Assembly: GCA_965218585.1 (NCBI GenBank)
Contig: CBDCLE010000026.1
Span: 256,001 to 320,000, forward strand
Origin: Terriglobia bacterium
GTDB taxonomy: Bacteria; Acidobacteriota; Terriglobia; 20CM-2-55-15
Length of the DNA stretch: 64,000 nt
Direction of reading: 5' to 3'
Shown here: positions 1 to 9,951 of the stretch, piece after piece
Layout: each line of letters opens with the position of its first letter
Numbering within the stretch: position 1 is the first letter of the stretch
The notes under the pieces: generated by a model
What the model saw: only the letters and a program-made list of their open reading frames with translations
Database searches by the model: none
Told to the model about the DNA's origin: nothing
Translations under genes and position numbers: made by a program

Positions 1-861
1 CGGGTCCCAACAGGATCTGGAACGGGTGGCGTCGGGCCTGATCGAAGAACTCGATCTTGGCAACAGCCGGCCACTGGACACGGATCTGCTGGCCCTATTC
101 GTGGATGGCAAGTACGTCGAACTCCGCGACGGCGACCGGCTGCGTCCGGCCTGTATCTACCTGGTGGTGGGTCTAGGCCGCGACGGCAAGAAGCGTGTCC
201 TGGCCTGCATTGCCAAACCCGGCCGCGAGAATCTCGAAGACTGGAAGGGGGTTCTCCGCTCTCTGATCGAGCGCGGTCTCCGACGCGTCATGATCTTCGT
301 CCAGGACGATTTCTCCGGCCTTCTCAAGGTCAGCGAAGGCTTCTTTCCCAATGCTGATATCCAGCTCTGTACCGTCCACATGCAGCGCAATGCTAAGAGC
401 CATCTCTCCAAATCCGACGCCGCCGAGTTTCAGCAACGCTTCCGTGCCATCAAGTCCTCCTGGTGTGAGGATGTCGGCAACCAAGGGTTCGAGGAACTCT
501 GTGACCGCTTCGCCCAGCACTATCCCTCCTGGATCGCGGGGCTCCGCAAGAAACGGACTCACTATCTCGCCTTCCTCAAGTATCCCGACCTCATGCGCAA
601 ATCGTTTTCCACCACCAACCTCGTCGAGGCCGTCAACGGACAACTGGAAATTATGCGCCGCAATTCGGGCGGCTACTTTCACTCCGAAGACACCCTCAAG
701 TTCAAACTCGGCTTGGCCGTCTCTCACCTCCACAACGGCCGTTGGAAATCTCCGGCCACTTCCATCCATTCCGCTCTTCATCAGCTCAACGCCATGTTCC
801 AATCCCGCTTTGAGGAGGACTTATGATCCCCTCCTCAAACACAACTTTCTTGACAAGAGCC
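1..861 (+). mobile_element. IS256-family element, right part (left end outside window)
   Basis: Transposase ORF followed by an IS256-type terminus ...AAACACAACTTTCTTGACAAGAGCC at 837-861, abutting IS1182 coding sequence. Confidence 0.85.
26..826 (+). CDS. IS256-family transposase (5'-partial)
   Basis: Mutator-type motifs LFVDG, QLCTVHMQRN, TTNLVEAVN. Confidence 0.85.
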   Translation: MASGLIEELDLGNSRPLDTDLLALFVDGKYVELRDGDRLRPACIYLVVGLGRDGKKRVLACIAKPGRENLEDWKGVLRSLIERGLRRVMIFVQDDFSGLLKVSEGFFPNADIQLCTVHMQRNAKSHLSKSDAAEFQQRFRAIKSSWCEDVGNQGFEELCDRFAQHYPSWIAGLRKKRTHYLAFLKYPDLMRKSFSTTNLVEAVNGQLEIMRRNSGGYFHSEDTLKFKLGLAVSHLHNGRWKSPATSIHSALHQLNAMFQSRFEEDL

Positions 862-2091
862 GAATCGGCGGAAGCCGAGCACCTCCTTGATCCACCCGTT
901 GGGCGCCTCCGACAGCCATTTGCGCTGGGCGTACTGCACCCGTCCCGCCTCCATCGACAGCTTCTCGGCCATGCGGGCCTTCGCCGGATGCCTGGCGGCG
1001 TCTACCGCGACCGCGCGCCGGCCCTCCCGGCCCAAGGCCACATAGCCGTCCACGCCGCGCGCCTCCAGCGCCTCCAGGTCGTCCTCGTTGCAGTAGCCCG
1101 CATCCGCCAGCACCGTCTCGGGCCGTTCCCCATGGGTGGCCTCCACCTCGTCCACCAACGGGACCAGCCGACCCTGGTCGCTGGCGTTCGACGACACCTC
1201 GGTGGCGACGATCAACTGCTTCTCTCCCTCCACCGCCACCTGCGCGTTGTAGCACTGCTGAAAACCCTCCGATGAGGTCTTCATGATCCGGCTTTCGGGA
1301 TCGGTGAAGTTGTCCTGCGCCTTCTCGTCCGGCTCGCCGTATTCCCGCTTGTAGGGCCGCCCGCTCTTCCGGTTGCGCTTCGAACCGGGCTCGCGTCCCC
1401 GCGCCTCGTCGGCCTCCCGTTGCCTGGCCTCCAATCGCGCCCTGGCCGCCCGGATCGCCGCCAGCCGATCCTCCCGGCGGCGCAACTCCTCGGGTAACTC
1501 ATCGCCGCGATGCGCCTCCCCGAAACGCGCGTCCTCCGCCGCATCGGTCTCCCGCGCGCGCGACAGCAACGCTTCGATCTCGCCCTCCAGGCGCCGCTCC
1601 TCCTCCTGCATCCGACCGTAACTCATCGCCTTGCGCTTGCTGGCATTGGCTCGAACCTTCGTCCCGTCGATCGACAACTTGCCGAAGTTCCCAACCCCGG
1701 TCTCGCGCGCCAGACCGACCACCTCCACAAACAGCGCCTTGAAATCCGACAAATGACGCCGGCGAAACTCGCAAATCGTCCGATGGCTCGGAAAATTCCC
1801 CGCCGCCAACACCCGAAATGCCACGTCCTCCTCCAGCTTCCGCGCCAGCCCTCGGGACGAAAACACCCCCGTCGCGTACCCGTAGATCAGCACCTTCGCC
1901 ATCATCCGCGGCTCATACGGCGACTTGCGACGACCGTCCCCCTCGTAAGGCGCGTAAAACGCCGTCAAGTCCAATCCGTCCACCAGATCGCTCACATGGT
2001 GTGCCAAGTGCCCCTCCGGCAACCAATCCCGTATATCCGGCGCCAGCAGCAACCCCTGCTCCGGCTGGTACGGGCGAAACGTCGTCGGCAT
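835..2091 (-). pseudogene. IS1182-family transposase, C-terminally interrupted
   Basis: DUF772-like N-terminus (DWLPEGHLAH, YEPRMM), IDGTKV, LADAGY; last 8 aa GSCQESCV are read from the IS256 end. Confidence 0.85.
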
Positions 2092-2149
2092 CGCATTCTC
2101 CTCCTAACTGCGACACTATTATCTCATTCACTTCCTACGGCGCAGGCTC
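862..2149 (-). mobile_element. IS1182-family element truncated by IS256
   Basis: Left end GAGCCTGCGCCGTAG next to CTAG at 2150-2153; transposase runs into the IS256 end at 861. Confidence 0.8.
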
Positions 2150-2268
2150 CTAGGCAGCGCACTGCGCGACATTGCCCATACCGATCAGATGTCCCCCTTT
2201 GCCTCCGCGGGCAGCGACTCGGTTGAAGGCCGCCTGAAGCGCAAGGGTGCGCGCGCGGTGATTCTGTT

Positions 2269-2868
2269 TCACGGGTCTGGCCTAGTCCAGATACATTTCA
2301 TGAAGTTGAACCGCTCTTTATCGGTTGGATCTCGGAACGCATACCTCGGATCTTCCTGTTCGTCTGGCGTCGTCCACGGCAAGTGATATCCGAGCCACAC
2401 CGTTTCGAACGGATCCATATCTAAGCTTGGGAAGCTCTCTAGTAGCTCTCGTATGCATCTTTCGGCTTCGACCCTCGTGCTACGAGTCGTCAACGGGCTG
2501 AGTAGCAAAACTAGCAGGTGCCCTGGCCCCCGTCGCTGTACTAGCTCCAGGTATTTTTTGCGCTTCCCTTGGACTCGCTTTCGGGCTTTGGTTGCCAAGA
2601 CAGCGTCGGGTTCCCAATATCCTCCTCCTTCTCTATTTCCAGGCCTGGCTCCCCACAACCACTTAGCTTCATTAGAGTTGTAGTAAGCGCCTGTCACTTC
2701 GCCCCAAACCGTCACTTCGGTTCCATCGCGTCCTCGGATGTGGAAGTTGACATCAGGTGGGTCTTCATCGGGCCGACTCCACTGGACCTGCGCGTTGATA
2801 TGCTGCCCCAAGGGAATAGCCCAGCACATTCCCCAGTAATCCTCATGTTGACGTTGCTGTTTGGACAT
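2269..2868 (-). CDS. hypothetical protein, possible PD-(D/E)XK-like fold
   Basis: 199-aa ATG ORF between mobile elements; PPD...GEVT motif. Confidence 0.55.
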   Translation of the reverse strand: MSKQQRQHEDYWGMCWAIPLGQHINAQVQWSRPDEDPPDVNFHIRGRDGTEVTVWGEVTGAYYNSNEAKWLWGARPGNREGGGYWEPDAVLATKARKRVQGKRKKYLELVQRRGPGHLLVLLLSPLTTRSTRVEAERCIRELLESFPSLDMDPFETVWLGYHLPWTTPDEQEDPRYAFRDPTDKERFNFMKCIWTRPDP

Positions 2869-3046
2869 TCGTAATGCTAGATCCCCTAGATCCCGACGAT
2901 GGACGGCGCCTCAGCAAGAAGTGAAGACATCGGGAAGACCGTCGAAATAGACCGAGAGACAGAACACTCGTGCCTGGGCGGCGTCGGTGGTGTGGAGGAC
3001 GAAGCTGGCATAGGCCTTGGCCCGAATGGACGCGGTGCAATAGTGC

Positions 3047-3164
3047 CTAGGAGCCTGTCGGGAATAAGAAGTCTGCGAGCAAGAATCAACAACTTGCGAG
3101 CTATCCTTGGTCTATAAGTTGTTGATTCTTGGTTCGAGGGAGCCAATTCCCGACAGGCTCCTAG
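3047..3164. mobile_element. MITE (110-bp core flanked by CTAG)
   Basis: Perfect 19-bp terminal IR CTAGGAGCCTGTCGGGAAT / ATTCCCGACAGGCTCCTAG; perfect 16-bp inner IR 3080-3095 / 3116-3131. Confidence 0.85.
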
Positions 3165-4097
3165 TACTACTATGTTACAAACGAAGCGGTCCACAGAACG
3201 GACAACGAGGAAGCTGCTGAATCAGGAAGCGGGCGATGCGAATGCGAAGCGTGGCAATCGAGCAGGGGTTATGTCGTTCGGGCCGGATCCGGGGTTCCGC
3301 GGGGTTTGAAGTGTTTGGGGAGTTTGGGGACGGATAGTCCAACATGCTCGACAAATGCAGAGGGGGAAAAACGGCTCCGCTCGGCGACCAGGAACCCATA
3401 AGAGGCTTGTAGTTGTTGCCGTAGGCCGTATCGCCCAGAACCGGTGCCGGAGCAATGCCGTCATCGACGGCCTGCCGGATTTGTTCCAAAGCAATTTGAG
3501 GTTTAGTTTGAAATCGAACGTCTTCGGGAATAGCGGCTTTGCTTCGACGTTCCGGATCCTTCGCCCAGGTCTCGGGGAGGTAGAGTCGCCATGCCACCGG
3601 CAAGCTGGATTTCGCTGTCGCCACCGACAGGCTCACCGCCACCCGGCAGTTCTCAGGTTTGCCGACCTGTCCACAGTATTGCCGGGCCACACCCACCGAG
3701 TGGGTCCCCTTTTTCACGAATCCGGTGTCGTCGACAATCCAGGCTTCAATCGGACCGTTGGCTTCCATCGCCCCCAGCGCGTACTGTCGAACTTCTGCCA
3801 ACAGAGCCGCATCGTCCCAGGGCGCATCCGCGACCAGATGATGTAGCGACTGGTGCATTCGGCGTACATTATCCGGAGCCAATCGTGCAGCCATCGGCTC
3901 CACACTCTTACGTTTGATCGGCAGCAACAACCCGGTGCAGTACGACTTCAACGGTTCATGACGATCGGCGTGTCCTGCGGCCGACGCCAGGCGTTCCAAA
4001 TAGGCCGCAAAACGTTTTTCCTGAGTGCCTGGCGCCTTCGATTTGGCGCTCATGACCGGATGCTAACATAAAATAGACCGTTTGTAACATAGTAGTA
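3165..4097 (-). mobile_element. IS701-family element, internally deleted copy
   Basis: Near-identical to 47324-48791 but lacks 535 bp; terminal IRs TACTACTATGTTACAAACG / CGTTTGTAACATAGTAGTA. Confidence 0.92.
3175..4053 (-). pseudogene. IS701-family transposase with internal deletion and frameshift
   Basis: N-terminus matches ORF 47428..48747 up to GNNYK (one substitution), then out of frame. Confidence 0.9.
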
Positions 4098-4337
4098 CTA
4101 CCCGCACGATGCGAAACAAAAGAACGGTCTCTGTCTACCATCTCTTCATTCACCACCTTTCCACTTCATAGGATAAGGCTAATGTTTCTCACCGCACCAG
4201 TGCTGAAAGTAATGCGTATACTCCCATTGTATTCCGCCCTCGCTGAATTGTGGTTTCCACCTGCACCTTTTTCCTATCTTGAAGACTTCGGTCCAATTAT
4301 CCCAATAGAGTCACGGCTTTACTCCCGCTACGAGCTG

Positions 4338-5456
4338 CTAAGCATCGTCCCAAACCTTACGCGCCGTCTCGACGACGAGTTCGAGCTTGGCCCATTGTTC
4401 ATCTTCGGTGAGCAGGTTCCCTTCTTTCATCGACGCAAAGCCGCATTGGGTACTGAGCGCAAGGTTATCGAGCGGCACATACCGGGACGCCTCTTTGATT
4501 CTGCCAACGATCTGATCCTGAGATTCGGGTTCGGCCAGCTTGCTGCTGATCAATCCCAGGACAACGATCTTGTCGTCGGGAACAAACCTCAGGGGTTCAA
4601 ACGTCCCTGAGCGTTCCGTTTCATACTCGAGCAGAAAGACATCGACGTTGAGTTCGTTGAAGAGCTTTTCGGCGATCGGGTCATATCCCCCTTCGGCATA
4701 CCATTCGCTGCGGTTGTTTCCCCGGCACAGGTGAATGGCAAGGGTCACCCCCTCCTGCTTCGCGCCTTCCAGACACGCGTTGTCGACCTTGATGGCTTCA
4801 TCGAGGGCTTTATCCGGATCGACACCCATCGTATCCCGAATGTATTGGCGCCACCTGGGATCGATGTAATAGCTGTAGCGCGGCGCGTCGATCTGGATAT
4901 ATCGGACACCTTCGTCAACCAGCGCCCGGATCTCGGACTTGAATATAGGAACGATGTCCCAAAGAAAGTCAGAATAGGTTGGATAGACCGCGTCGCTGAT
5001 TCCCTTCTTGTACATGATCGCTGGGAACTGATTGGCTGTGGGGAGCGTCATCTTGATATCGCCGGGACTATGTTCTTTCAGAAAATCCAATTCGTCCTTC
5101 GTCAGGCGTTTTGTCTGTTTGATTGGCTCGACAACAACTCCGAAGAGAGGGACGGCTGAAGAACTACTCTCTTTTTCACTGTCCTGTTCCCGCTCCCACT
5201 TCCGGTCGACATTGCCTTCCTTGTCCAGACCCTGGACTGAATCATAAAAATCACCCATGAACCCGCTACGGCGAAATTCACCATCGGTAAAGATCTTTAG
5301 ACCAAGATCCTTTTGGCGTTCAAGAACTCGAAGAATATGCCGGTCCTCCAGCTCCTTAACTTGTTCAGCGCTGGCACCGGAATCGTTCAACGCATTCAAG
5401 AGTTCCTGGGGACGTAGGAAGCTCCCCACCTGATCCGCACGATATTTGAAAGCCAT
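4338..5456 (-). CDS. cobalamin-independent methionine synthase catalytic-domain protein (YxjH/YxjG-like)
   Basis: DQVGSFLRP, TDGEFRR, Zn ligands HLCRGN, LEY, QCGFAS. Confidence 0.88.
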   Translation of the reverse strand: MAFKYRADQVGSFLRPQELLNALNDSGASAEQVKELEDRHILRVLERQKDLGLKIFTDGEFRRSGFMGDFYDSVQGLDKEGNVDRKWEREQDSEKESSSSAVPLFGVVVEPIKQTKRLTKDELDFLKEHSPGDIKMTLPTANQFPAIMYKKGISDAVYPTYSDFLWDIVPIFKSEIRALVDEGVRYIQIDAPRYSYYIDPRWRQYIRDTMGVDPDKALDEAIKVDNACLEGAKQEGVTLAIHLCRGNNRSEWYAEGGYDPIAEKLFNELNVDVFLLEYETERSGTFEPLRFVPDDKIVVLGLISSKLAEPESQDQIVGRIKEASRYVPLDNLALSTQCGFASMKEGNLLTEDEQWAKLELVVETARKVWDDA

Positions 5457-5486
5457 ATTCTTCCTTCCTTATCGCGAGACGAGATC

Positions 5487-5540
5487 TGTAGGTGCGCTCT
5501 GTGAGCGCACAATAACGGGCGGTCACAGACCGCCCCTACA
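5487..5540. repeat. REP doublet (GTAG family)
   Basis: TGTAGGTGCGCTCTGTGAGCGCAC...GGGCGGTCACAGACCGCCCCTACA. Confidence 0.8.
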
Positions 5541-5709
5541 GTTCGAACTTTTTCAAACTGACAGTTTCATCTGTGTCTTGGCGACAGATGGGAGGTTCCG
5601 ATGTTACTATTACTGCGGTCTGATTGGCAGCCTGGGTTGACCCCGGTCACTATCTGAACACGCTATCATCTAGAAAAGATTTTCTTCATCCAGTGAGCTA
5701 GGAAAACGA

Positions 5710-6546
5710 ATGCAAGACTCCGGGCAAGTTCGCCCACATCCGTGGACGCAACGATGGTACGAATCCAGGAACGGCGACGTTTCAGTTTTCGTCTACATTG
5801 TGATGATCCATTCGCTGGCAGCCCTGGGCCTGGTTTTGTTCCCGCTGCCCGGTTGGCCGATCTTTTTGACCGCACTGGCGATGACCGGTCTTGGAGGCTG
5901 GGGCACGACTGTCGCATATCACCGCGCCTTGTCTCATCGCGCCCTCAAGCTGAACCCCGTCGTCGAGCAATTGCTCATCTTCTTCGCCGTGTTCAACGGT
6001 TCCGGCGTACCCGCGACGTGGGTCGCCAACCACAGGAATCACCACGCGAACTCCGACACTCTGGATGACGTATCCAGCCCCCGCTACGGAGGTTTCTGGT
6101 GGGCCCACCTGAGGTGTCTTTACCAGCTGCCGCAATCCAGTCTGGATCGTTGGTGCCCGGACCTGTTGGGCAGGCGGTATAGCTTCTGGCAACGAATTCA
6201 GATTCCCATGGTGGCAATGTCGCTGGTGTGCGGTTGGTTCGTCTTCGGATGGGCCGGCCTGTTCTGGCTAGGTGCGATCCGACTTACTTACGCCTTACAT
6301 CTTCAGGCCGCGGTCAACAGCATCCTTCACATGAAGAAGGGCGTGCCGATTGGTGAAGAGTCGGCGAGGAACATCTGGTGGCTGGGTCCACTGCAGCTGA
6401 CCGCATGGGGTGAGAACTGGCACGAAAACCACCACGCTTCGCCCAGTTCAGCCTCGTTCAGCCGGCGCCTGTTGCAGGTCGATATCGGCTGGTACACGAT
6501 CCGTTTCCTGGAAAGTGTCGGGCTAGCGACAGACGTCAGGCGATAA
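5710..6546 (+). CDS. membrane fatty-acid (delta-9 type) desaturase
   Basis: His boxes HRALSH, HRNHH, HENHH; transmembrane segments. Confidence 0.88.
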   Translation: MQDSGQVRPHPWTQRWYESRNGDVSVFVYIVMIHSLAALGLVLFPLPGWPIFLTALAMTGLGGWGTTVAYHRALSHRALKLNPVVEQLLIFFAVFNGSGVPATWVANHRNHHANSDTLDDVSSPRYGGFWWAHLRCLYQLPQSSLDRWCPDLLGRRYSFWQRIQIPMVAMSLVCGWFVFGWAGLFWLGAIRLTYALHLQAAVNSILHMKKGVPIGEESARNIWWLGPLQLTAWGENWHENHHASPSSASFSRRLLQVDIGWYTIRFLESVGLATDVRR

Positions 6547-6590
6547 AAAGCCGCCCACCCCTCCGCTCTCTCCAGTTTTCCATGATCAGG

Positions 6591-6613
6591 AAGTGCGGTC
6601 ATAGACCGCACTT
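6591..6613. repeat. single REP palindrome between convergent genes
   Basis: AAGTGCGGTCATAGACCGCACTT. Confidence 0.65.
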
Positions 6614-6617
6614 GCAA

Positions 6618-7694
6618 TCACTCTGCCCCGTCCAGGAGGTCGTAAATTCGCTGAACAGCCAGGGCATCGGCACCTACGCCCTGTATCTGGGGATAGGCAT
6701 CGCTGTGGACAGTGAGGTCCACCATGGACGCTGCTTCGGTCGCTGACCTACCCTGGGCATGGAGTTGGTTGGTCTGGGTCCAGAGGTCTGCCAGATACGA
6801 CTTGAATGAGTCGATCGGTTCTTTCTCGGTAAAGGCCGCCCCATGTCCAGGCAGGACCGTGTCGAACTCCAGTCGAGACACGCCGTCCAGGGTTTCGACC
6901 CAATCGTTCACGTAAGCATCGCCCATGAACGCGAGTCCGTTGACCAACAGATCGCCCGTGCACAGAATGCCTTCTGCCGGAAGGTAGACCAGGACATCGC
7001 CGCCCGTGTGGCCCCGCCCGAGGAACAGCAACTGGATCTCCCGGTCTCCCGAAAAGATCGTCATTTTCTGGTCCAGCGTCAAGTTCGGCGGCGTGGGCGT
7101 CACCTCTGCCAACGCGTCGCGGTAATTTTCCAGAACAAACAATTGTTCTTCCAGGTCGGCACGGTCGGCTTCTGCAGCGGCGGCGACATCGGCTTGCAGC
7201 TGTTCGATCTGTCCCGGAATGCCTGAAGTGAAATTCTGGAAAGTGCGCGCCTCCAGGGGATTGCCTTCCAGGATTTCCCTTGTGTACCGGTGACCAATCA
7301 CCTCCACGTCTTCGCCAAATACCTGATTTCCGTCAGCGTGATCGAAGTGGTAATGGGTGTTCACGACATAGCGTATCGGTAGGTCGGTCACGGTGCGAAG
7401 TTCTTCCTGAAGCACGAATGCAGCAGCCGGAGTGATATGCGAATCGACCAGCATGACGTCCTCTTCATTAACAATGGCAACTGAATTGGAGCCAACGCTC
7501 AGCGACCCCGTGCCCACAATATGGTAGACACCATCGGTGATCTCGTTGAACTGAAATGCCGGCCCGTTGTGCAATGTCCCGGCAGGCATAGCACTCCCCG
7601 CCGCATCGGTCCCAGAAGTCACAGGTTCGCCGGGCGCACATGCGTACAACCCCATCAGGAGTAACGGGAGTAAGAAACGGAATCGATCGATCAC
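6618..7694 (-). CDS. MBL-fold metallo-hydrolase, probable lipoprotein
   Basis: THYHFDHADG, GHTGGD, GDL, PGHG; lipobox LYAC. Confidence 0.88.
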   Translation of the reverse strand: MIDRFRFLLPLLLMGLYACAPGEPVTSGTDAAGSAMPAGTLHNGPAFQFNEITDGVYHIVGTGSLSVGSNSVAIVNEEDVMLVDSHITPAAAFVLQEELRTVTDLPIRYVVNTHYHFDHADGNQVFGEDVEVIGHRYTREILEGNPLEARTFQNFTSGIPGQIEQLQADVAAAAEADRADLEEQLFVLENYRDALAEVTPTPPNLTLDQKMTIFSGDREIQLLFLGRGHTGGDVLVYLPAEGILCTGDLLVNGLAFMGDAYVNDWVETLDGVSRLEFDTVLPGHGAAFTEKEPIDSFKSYLADLWTQTNQLHAQGRSATEAASMVDLTVHSDAYPQIQGVGADALAVQRIYDLLDGAE

Positions 7695-7821
7695 GACAAC
7701 CTCCTCAGAATGGTCGACATTATATAGCGTCGTTTCCGCGCGGGCATCTTTTGTTGACGTGTCGGGTTTGGTGGGCTCGGATTCTCGGAAAGGCTCGCGA
7801 TTGAGGGAGGGGTGATGGTGG

Positions 7822-7925
7822 GAAAAGAGCCGGAAATTATGGAGGCCCGCCGCTTCTTAAGGGTGAACGCTCATGTCCGTTGCGACGGGCCACCTGGAGG
7901 AGGTACCTATCTACTCCTGTTACTG
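7822..7925 (-). ncRNA. candidate small RNA with CCUCCUCC anti-SD motif
   Basis: Downstream of ECF-type promoter; CCTCCTCC at 7903-7896, then 10-bp stem 7891-7882 / 7853-7844. Confidence 0.4.
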
Positions 7926-7931
7926 AATCAA

Positions 7932-7958
7932 TACGGAGGAAAGGCTGCAGAAGTTACA
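7932..7958 (-). promoter_or_regulatory. ECF-sigma-type promoter
   Basis: TGTAAC-N17-CGTA on the minus strand matches the AAC...CGT ECF pattern. Confidence 0.5.
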
Positions 7959-8275
7959 CAAAATTAACGAAAAAAGGCGCTTGCTTCACCTCAGCTGCCC
8001 GAAATCCCCGTTAATACCCTTGTTTCTTCAATTTACAGCTATTCTCAGATTTCCAGCTTCACCGTTCTGTCGCCAAATCTTTCCTGGTCGACTCCAACCT
8101 TGTCGGGTGTCGAGGAGAGACTATCAGATCAAAACCGCAACCGGTGGGTGATCACATTGGCGCTACGAAAGGAAATTCGAATCATCACGCAATTCACTGC
8201 GGTTCACTGGCAAAACAGATCTGGGGCCAATCTCTGGTCGCATGTTCTTTCTGCTAGACTGCCGCCGTGCGGAAG

Positions 8276-9904
8276 ATGTCGCTTAAGTGGAAAATCGTTC
8301 GGTCGGTCAGCCTTCTTCTTGTGGCCCTGATCGCGGCGACGCTCCTCTACGTGGGCTACCAGGCGGATGGTTTCGTTGACGAGCAATTGGCCTCTGAGTT
8401 GACCCGCACGGAACAGGGAATCATCCTTGCCCAGGAGCAGCGCCTGTCCGGCCTCGAACTCGTCGCAGGGCTGGTTGCAGATTTTTCCGATCTCAAGGCC
8501 CTGCTTGAAACCGACGCAGCTACGATCCGTGATTTTCTGGACTCGTATCTGTTGTCGAATCCGAATGCCGACCTGCTTGTTGTCCTCGACCCGGGGGGAA
8601 ACGTTCTTGCCCGGACCGACGCGTTGAACCTGACACCTCTTGAGGATGTGGAATCCAGGTGGATCACGCCGATTCTCTCAGGTTTGGACGCAACCGGAAC
8701 CCTGCCGACATCGGGCGGAACCTATCATGCGGCGGCACGTGCGGCTACAGCGGGTGGACTGATATTCTGCTTCGTCATTGCAGGCTCTCAGATCGATGAC
8801 GCCTTCGCAGCCAGTCTGCGGCAGAACGCCGAGGACGAGATCGTCATCCTCGGTGACGAAGTCATAGCGACAACCTTGCCCTCTGACTCGCTGCCATGGG
8901 CGAGTCGGCAGGACCTGGACGCTCCGATGGGCGTAGAACAGCCGATCGATATCGCGGGCGAACAGTACACCGCGCGGCCGGTCGCGACGGTGACCACCAA
9001 CGAAGTGGAACCGCTCGCGGTTATTCTCCGCTCCGTGGATCGCGCGATGGCGCCGTATCGCAACATTCAGGTCGGATTGCTGGTCTTGGGACTACTGACC
9101 GCCGGAGCGGGTGTGGCCGGCAGCGTCGTGTTGGCCCGCGGCATCACGGCTCCCATCGCCAAGCTCGTCGAAGGGACCCGTCAAGTCACCGACGGAAATT
9201 TTGACTACCACCTGGACATTAACAGCAAGGACGAGATCGGAGATCTTTCCGAATCGTTCAACGAGATGGTCCAGGGGCTCAGAGAGCGCAAGGACATGCA
9301 ACGGTTCGTTTCTGAATCCACCGTCGAAATGATTCAGACTCACACGGCGGGAACGAGCGAAGGCGAGCGCGTCCGGCGGACGGTCTTCTTCTCAGACATT
9401 CGCGGTTTCACGAAGATGTCGGAGGAACAACCACCCGAAGAAACGATCCGCATCCTCAACCGCTGCCTCAGCTTGCAGGCCGCACTGGTAAAGAAATACC
9501 AGGGGGACGTGGACAAATTTGTTGGTGACAGCGTTGTCGCTGTGTTCGCGGGCGAAGACATGGCCTTGAACGCGATCCGTTGTGCTGTGGAAATTCAGAA
9601 AGCTCTCGACGAGGACAACATCCGGCACCCCGATGCGCCTCCCCTGCAGGTTGGGATCGGCATCGTGACAGGCGAAATCATCATCGGAAGTATCGGGAGT
9701 TCAGACCGCCTGGACTTCACCGTTGTGGGTTCCAACGTAAACCTGTGTTCCCGCCTCTGCGGCGCTGCCGGGCCCCACGAGATTCTGCTTTCGGAAGAAA
9801 CCCACCAATTGGTCAAGGACCTGATAGCGGCCCAAAAGGAAGACCCTATCAACGTCAAGGGATTCAGCCATCCCGTACCGATATACCGGATGAGGGTCGG
9901 CTGA
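8276..9904 (+). CDS. membrane class III adenylate/guanylate cyclase (periplasmic Cache-like sensor + HAMP)
   Basis: Two TM helices, HAMP (DEIGDLSESFNEM), FSDIRGFT, DKFVGD, GSNVNLCSRL. Confidence 0.9.
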   Translation: MSLKWKIVRSVSLLLVALIAATLLYVGYQADGFVDEQLASELTRTEQGIILAQEQRLSGLELVAGLVADFSDLKALLETDAATIRDFLDSYLLSNPNADLLVVLDPGGNVLARTDALNLTPLEDVESRWITPILSGLDATGTLPTSGGTYHAAARAATAGGLIFCFVIAGSQIDDAFAASLRQNAEDEIVILGDEVIATTLPSDSLPWASRQDLDAPMGVEQPIDIAGEQYTARPVATVTTNEVEPLAVILRSVDRAMAPYRNIQVGLLVLGLLTAGAGVAGSVVLARGITAPIAKLVEGTRQVTDGNFDYHLDINSKDEIGDLSESFNEMVQGLRERKDMQRFVSESTVEMIQTHTAGTSEGERVRRTVFFSDIRGFTKMSEEQPPEETIRILNRCLSLQAALVKKYQGDVDKFVGDSVVAVFAGEDMALNAIRCAVEIQKALDEDNIRHPDAPPLQVGIGIVTGEIIIGSIGSSDRLDFTVVGSNVNLCSRLCGAAGPHEILLSEETHQLVKDLIAAQKEDPINVKGFSHPVPIYRMRVG

Positions 9905-9951
9905 GTGTCCGACAAACTGTGCCAGAAGTCCGAAAGTCGGTTGGCTGGCTG

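Noticed and set aside
2154-3046. Integron cassette around the orphan ORF
   Set aside because: No convincing attC core sites and no integrase
2912-4156. Small gene split by the MITE and IS701 (joined frame MVNEEM...RHYC...FTSC)
   Set aside because: An in-frame join has a one-in-three chance, the flanks do not match and the product has no recognisable motif
4182-4610. 142-aa plus-strand ORF
   Set aside because: Mostly antisense to the methionine synthase-like gene; no motif
5560-5700. SAM or cobalamin riboswitch upstream of the methionine synthase-like gene
   Set aside because: Only a short hairpin (CATCTGT...ACAGATG); conserved riboswitch cores not found
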